DNA of 63,176 nt, filler included, from Octopus bimaculoides (lineage: Eukaryota), in NCBI RefSeq assembly GCF_001194135.2. It is 7 parts of 6 records of this genome, joined end to end, with 100 filler letters (N's around TTAATTAATTAA, not from the genome) between each part and the next. Parts side by side here need not be neighbours in the genome. Positions count along the whole stretch, not along the records: positions 56,744 to 60,914 come from NC_068988.1; positions 61,015 to 63,176 come from NC_068984.1; 5 more parts are not named here. The stretch is one strand, 5' to 3'. This document shows positions 60,150 through 63,176 of this stretch, piece by piece. The stretch's first letter is position 1; each line of letters opens with the position of its first letter. A program made the position numbers and the translations under genes. A model generated the notes under the pieces. It did no database searches and was not told the DNA's origin. It saw nothing but the letters and a program-made list of their open reading frames with translations.

Positions 60150-60765
60150 GAATAAAGATTATTTGCCCACATAACATGGCAGTCCTGGTTTAGGATGAAT
60201 GTTGCTGTAATTTAGCCCCAGGAAACATCGTCTCCAGCTGGCTGTACGACACGATCTGTGTCCTTAGATTTTTGAACAAGGGAATCTAGCACTCCCACTC
60301 AGCTCAAAACAATATCTGTGTATCGCAAAATAAGAAGAATGGACAGAACACACGTGCATGTGTATATATACACATATATATATTCTTTTCTACTCTAGGC
60401 ACAAGGCCCGAAATTTTTGGAGAGGGGACAAGTCGATTAGATCAACTCCCGTATGCAACTGGTACTTAATTTATCGTCCCTGAAAGGATGAAAAGCAAAG
60501 TCAGCCCTGGCGGAATTTGAACTCAGAACATAAAGTCAGCTGAAATAAGCATTTCGCCCGGTTTGCTAACGTTTCTACCAGCTCCCTGCCTTATCTACAG
60601 ATATTGTTTTGAGCTGAGTGAGGGTGCTAGATTCCTTTGTTCGAAAATATAAGTACACAGATCGTATCGTATAGCCAGCTGGAGATGATGTCTCCTGAGG
60701 CTAAATTACAGCAACGTTCGTCCTAAACCAGGACTGCCATGTTATGTTGGCAAAAATCTTTTCTC
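60150..60765. mobile_element. Fold-back element with ~170-bp inverted arms (60150-60319 and 60597-60765), with a SINE in its centre
   Basis: 60169-60195 is the exact reverse complement of 60721-60747. The arms match nearly throughout. Confidence 0.87.
60383..60593 (-). mobile_element. SINE family 2 inside the fold-back spacer
   Basis: Matches 22760-22974 and 27382-27597. Confidence 0.9.
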
Positions 60766-61014
60766 CAAAGTACTGTTGCTGAATATCTGTCGTTGTGAGA
60801 TTTACAAATAATTTTCTAAATATTTTTTCCTTTGAGTTTTCTGTACAAGCCATATGTATGCTAGATGCTACCAAACTATTGACAATATATGGGATCCACT
60901 ATATATATATATATNNNNNNNNNNNNNNNNNNNNNNNNNNNNNNNNNNNNNNNNNNNNTTAATTAATTAANNNNNNNNNNNNNNNNNNNNNNNNNNNNNN
61001 NNNNNNNNNNNNNN

Positions 61015-61335
61015 GTGATGGTGGTGGTGGTGGTGGTGGTGGTGGTAGTGGTGATGGTAGTAGTAGTAGTAGTTGCTGTTGTTGTTCTTGTTTAATGTCC
61101 CTATTGTCACCACTCCTGCTGTTACTACTACTACTACTACTACTCTTATGGTCGTTTCTCATGTTGTTGATGTTGATGTTGTTGTTGTTACCACCGTTCC
61201 TCACTGCTGCTGCTTTTGTCCCTGTTGTTGCCCACTGATGCGGCTGCTGCTGTTGCTGCCGTTGCTGCTGTGCTATTGTTCACCCTGTGCCTACAACTGC
61301 TGCTGCGGCTGCTGTAGGTGCCGCTGCCGCTGCAG
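61015..61335. repeat. (GGT/AGT/TGT/TGC) trinucleotide low-complexity tract
   Basis: Visible units. Confidence 0.88.
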
Positions 61336-62150
61336 CAGATGTTACAGTTTTTAAACTGGAGTAAAGCGTGTACCGTGTGTATTTTGTATTGCACGTGTAT
61401 TTCGACCTATATAACATGCATCCGTACGCGCCTACGTGCAGGCATACACCCAGATATGTGTGAGTGAGTGTGAGCGCGAGGGTGAGTGTGAGCGTGAGCG
61501 TGAGCGTTTGTGTGAGTGCAGTTGTTTGTACGTGCGTGTAGTTATGCGTGTGCATGTGTCGCGAGTGAGTGTAAATGTAATTAATGTAAGTGTGTACGCG
61601 TATGTTTGTGCGTGAGCTTGTGTGTTTTGGGAGTACGTTTGTGTGCGCATGTGTATGTGTGTGAGTGAAATTATGAGTGAGTCTCTGTGTGAGAGTGTGT
61701 GTGTGTATACGTGTGTGCGCGTGTGTGAGTATAAGTTTGTGTGCGTGTGCGTGTGTGAGAAAGAGATGGAGTGGAATAGTGTGTGTGTGTGTGTGTGCAC
61801 GTGCTCAAAAGAGATTATAATTTTAAAGCTAGATTAAGAATAACAACAGAGGGGGCACTCAGGAATTTGAGTAAAACGTATGAAATTCATGTTCACTGGG
61901 ACGTCAAGTGATTGCTTATTTGATGGCTTATTCAACTACACTGTGTGTGTGCTTATGTATGTTCATGGATGTATATTGTTTTATGAATGCATGTATATGT
62001 CTATGAAAGTGTTTAAGTTTCACATAAATATCCGTATGCATGCATAAATATATACATGCATGAACATGCATCATCACTATATTTATGTATATGTATGTGT
62101 ATATACGTGTATGTGAAAGTGTTTCAATATATATATATATGTATATATCG

Positions 62151-62329
62151 CCTGTGCTAGTGCCACGTAAAAAGCACCGAGTCCACTCTGCCGAGTGGTT
62201 TGGTGTTAGGAAGGGCATTCAGCCGTGAAAACCTTGCCAAAACAGACACAGCAGCCTGGGGTGGTATTCCACCTGGCTGACTCCTGTCAATCATTCTACC
62301 CATGCATGCACGGAAGAAGGGCATTAAAC

Positions 62330-62377
<48 letters not shown>

Positions 62378-62378
62378 A
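62151..62378 (+). mobile_element. SINE-like family 5, 3' part with a long (GAT)n tail
   Basis: GTGCCACGTAAAAAGCACC...GGTGTTAGGAAGGGCATTCAGCCGTGAAAACC...CCCATGCATGCACGGAA...ATTAAACGATGATG. Confidence 0.82.
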
Positions 62379-63176
62379 TAGCTGATAGCGAGGGATTATC
62401 AATCTGGGCAAAATACTTGATCAACTCTCTGTTGGCACACCAGGCTAACCAATATTATTATTTAGATTAGTGATGAACTCCAGGTATTCTTATGGTAGGG
62501 TTCAAGGTTTTGGTTCCTCACAATTCTACATTGTAAATCCATGGTTGGACTCCAGACAAACTGGGTTTTACACAGAGTGATATATCAGAAACAAGCTCAA
62601 AATAATGGTCATTACATATTTTAAACTTGTTTTGATGATGATGATGTATCGCCATGATTGACCGCTAACTCCAAAAGTTTTTTTTATTCTCTCTGTTTAT
62701 TTCCTCGTGTTCCTTTCTATACACACACACTCAGAGAAAAAGATACAAACCTAATTATACGTTTATGCGAGTGTATGCCAGTAGCTATACAATGGTAAAG
62801 AAAATATTCAAAATTAAAAAGAAATCCCTCCCCCTCCCTCTCTCTACCTATCTATCTGTCTCTCCATCTATCTATCTATCTATCTGTCTATCTGTCTATC
62901 TGTCTATTTATCTATCTATCTACCTAACTATCTACCTACCTACCTACCTATCTGTCTATCTATCTGTCTATCTATCTATCTGTCTATCTATCTATCTATC
63001 TATCTCCATTATCCTGGAACCCCACCAAAAAAAAAACAATGTTCTCCTCTTCTAAACCGGACAAAATAAAACACCTCGTTTATATAAATGAACAACCTGC
63101 TTCTTGCACATTCACTATTTTATTTGACAAGTTTGAAGATGAACAAAAGCGCTAATAAGTAATGACTAAATAAAAA

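Noticed and set aside
61073-61354. Cys-rich ORF resembling metallothionein or keratin-associated proteins
   Set aside because: Derived from (TGC/TGT)n repeats with no coding context.
300-63055. Long ORFs of YI, CV, TH, poly-X and similar composition in the ORF track
   Set aside because: Translations of (TA)n, (TG)n, (CA)n, (TATG)n arrays or N-runs.

Overview
This is AT-rich, microsatellite-saturated eukaryotic DNA with many assembly gaps. The repeat families point to an octopus genome (inference from recognising the SINE, LINE and microsatellite repertoire; not database-verified). I recognise no host protein-coding gene, rRNA, functional tRNA or CRISPR array. Almost all ORFs in the supplied track are translations of microsatellites, N-gaps or decayed transposons. 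Supported content: (i) four decayed copies of restriction-like-endonuclease (R4/Dong-type) non-LTR retrotransposons from three subfamilies; (ii) an RTE-clade LINE 3' end and a Penelope-like GIY-YIG fragment; (iii) remnants of Tc1/mariner (one DD37D/maT-type), pogo/Tigger, piggyBac-like and hAT-like DNA transposons, plus two related long fold-back elements; (iv) more than 20 copies of several tRNA-derived or SINE-like families. The most interesting pattern is that each R4/Dong-like subfamily abuts a different microsatellite - (TCCA)n, (TACA)n and (TAA)n - and further short elements interrupt the same microsatellite types. This suggests a diversified set of microsatellite-targeting retroelements. 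Other notable structures are a loop-less 78-bp perfect palindrome, a three-level nested insertion, SINEs that swap tRNA heads on a common body, a 27-bp minisatellite, and a few weak candidate exon/promoter signals in repeat-poor islands.
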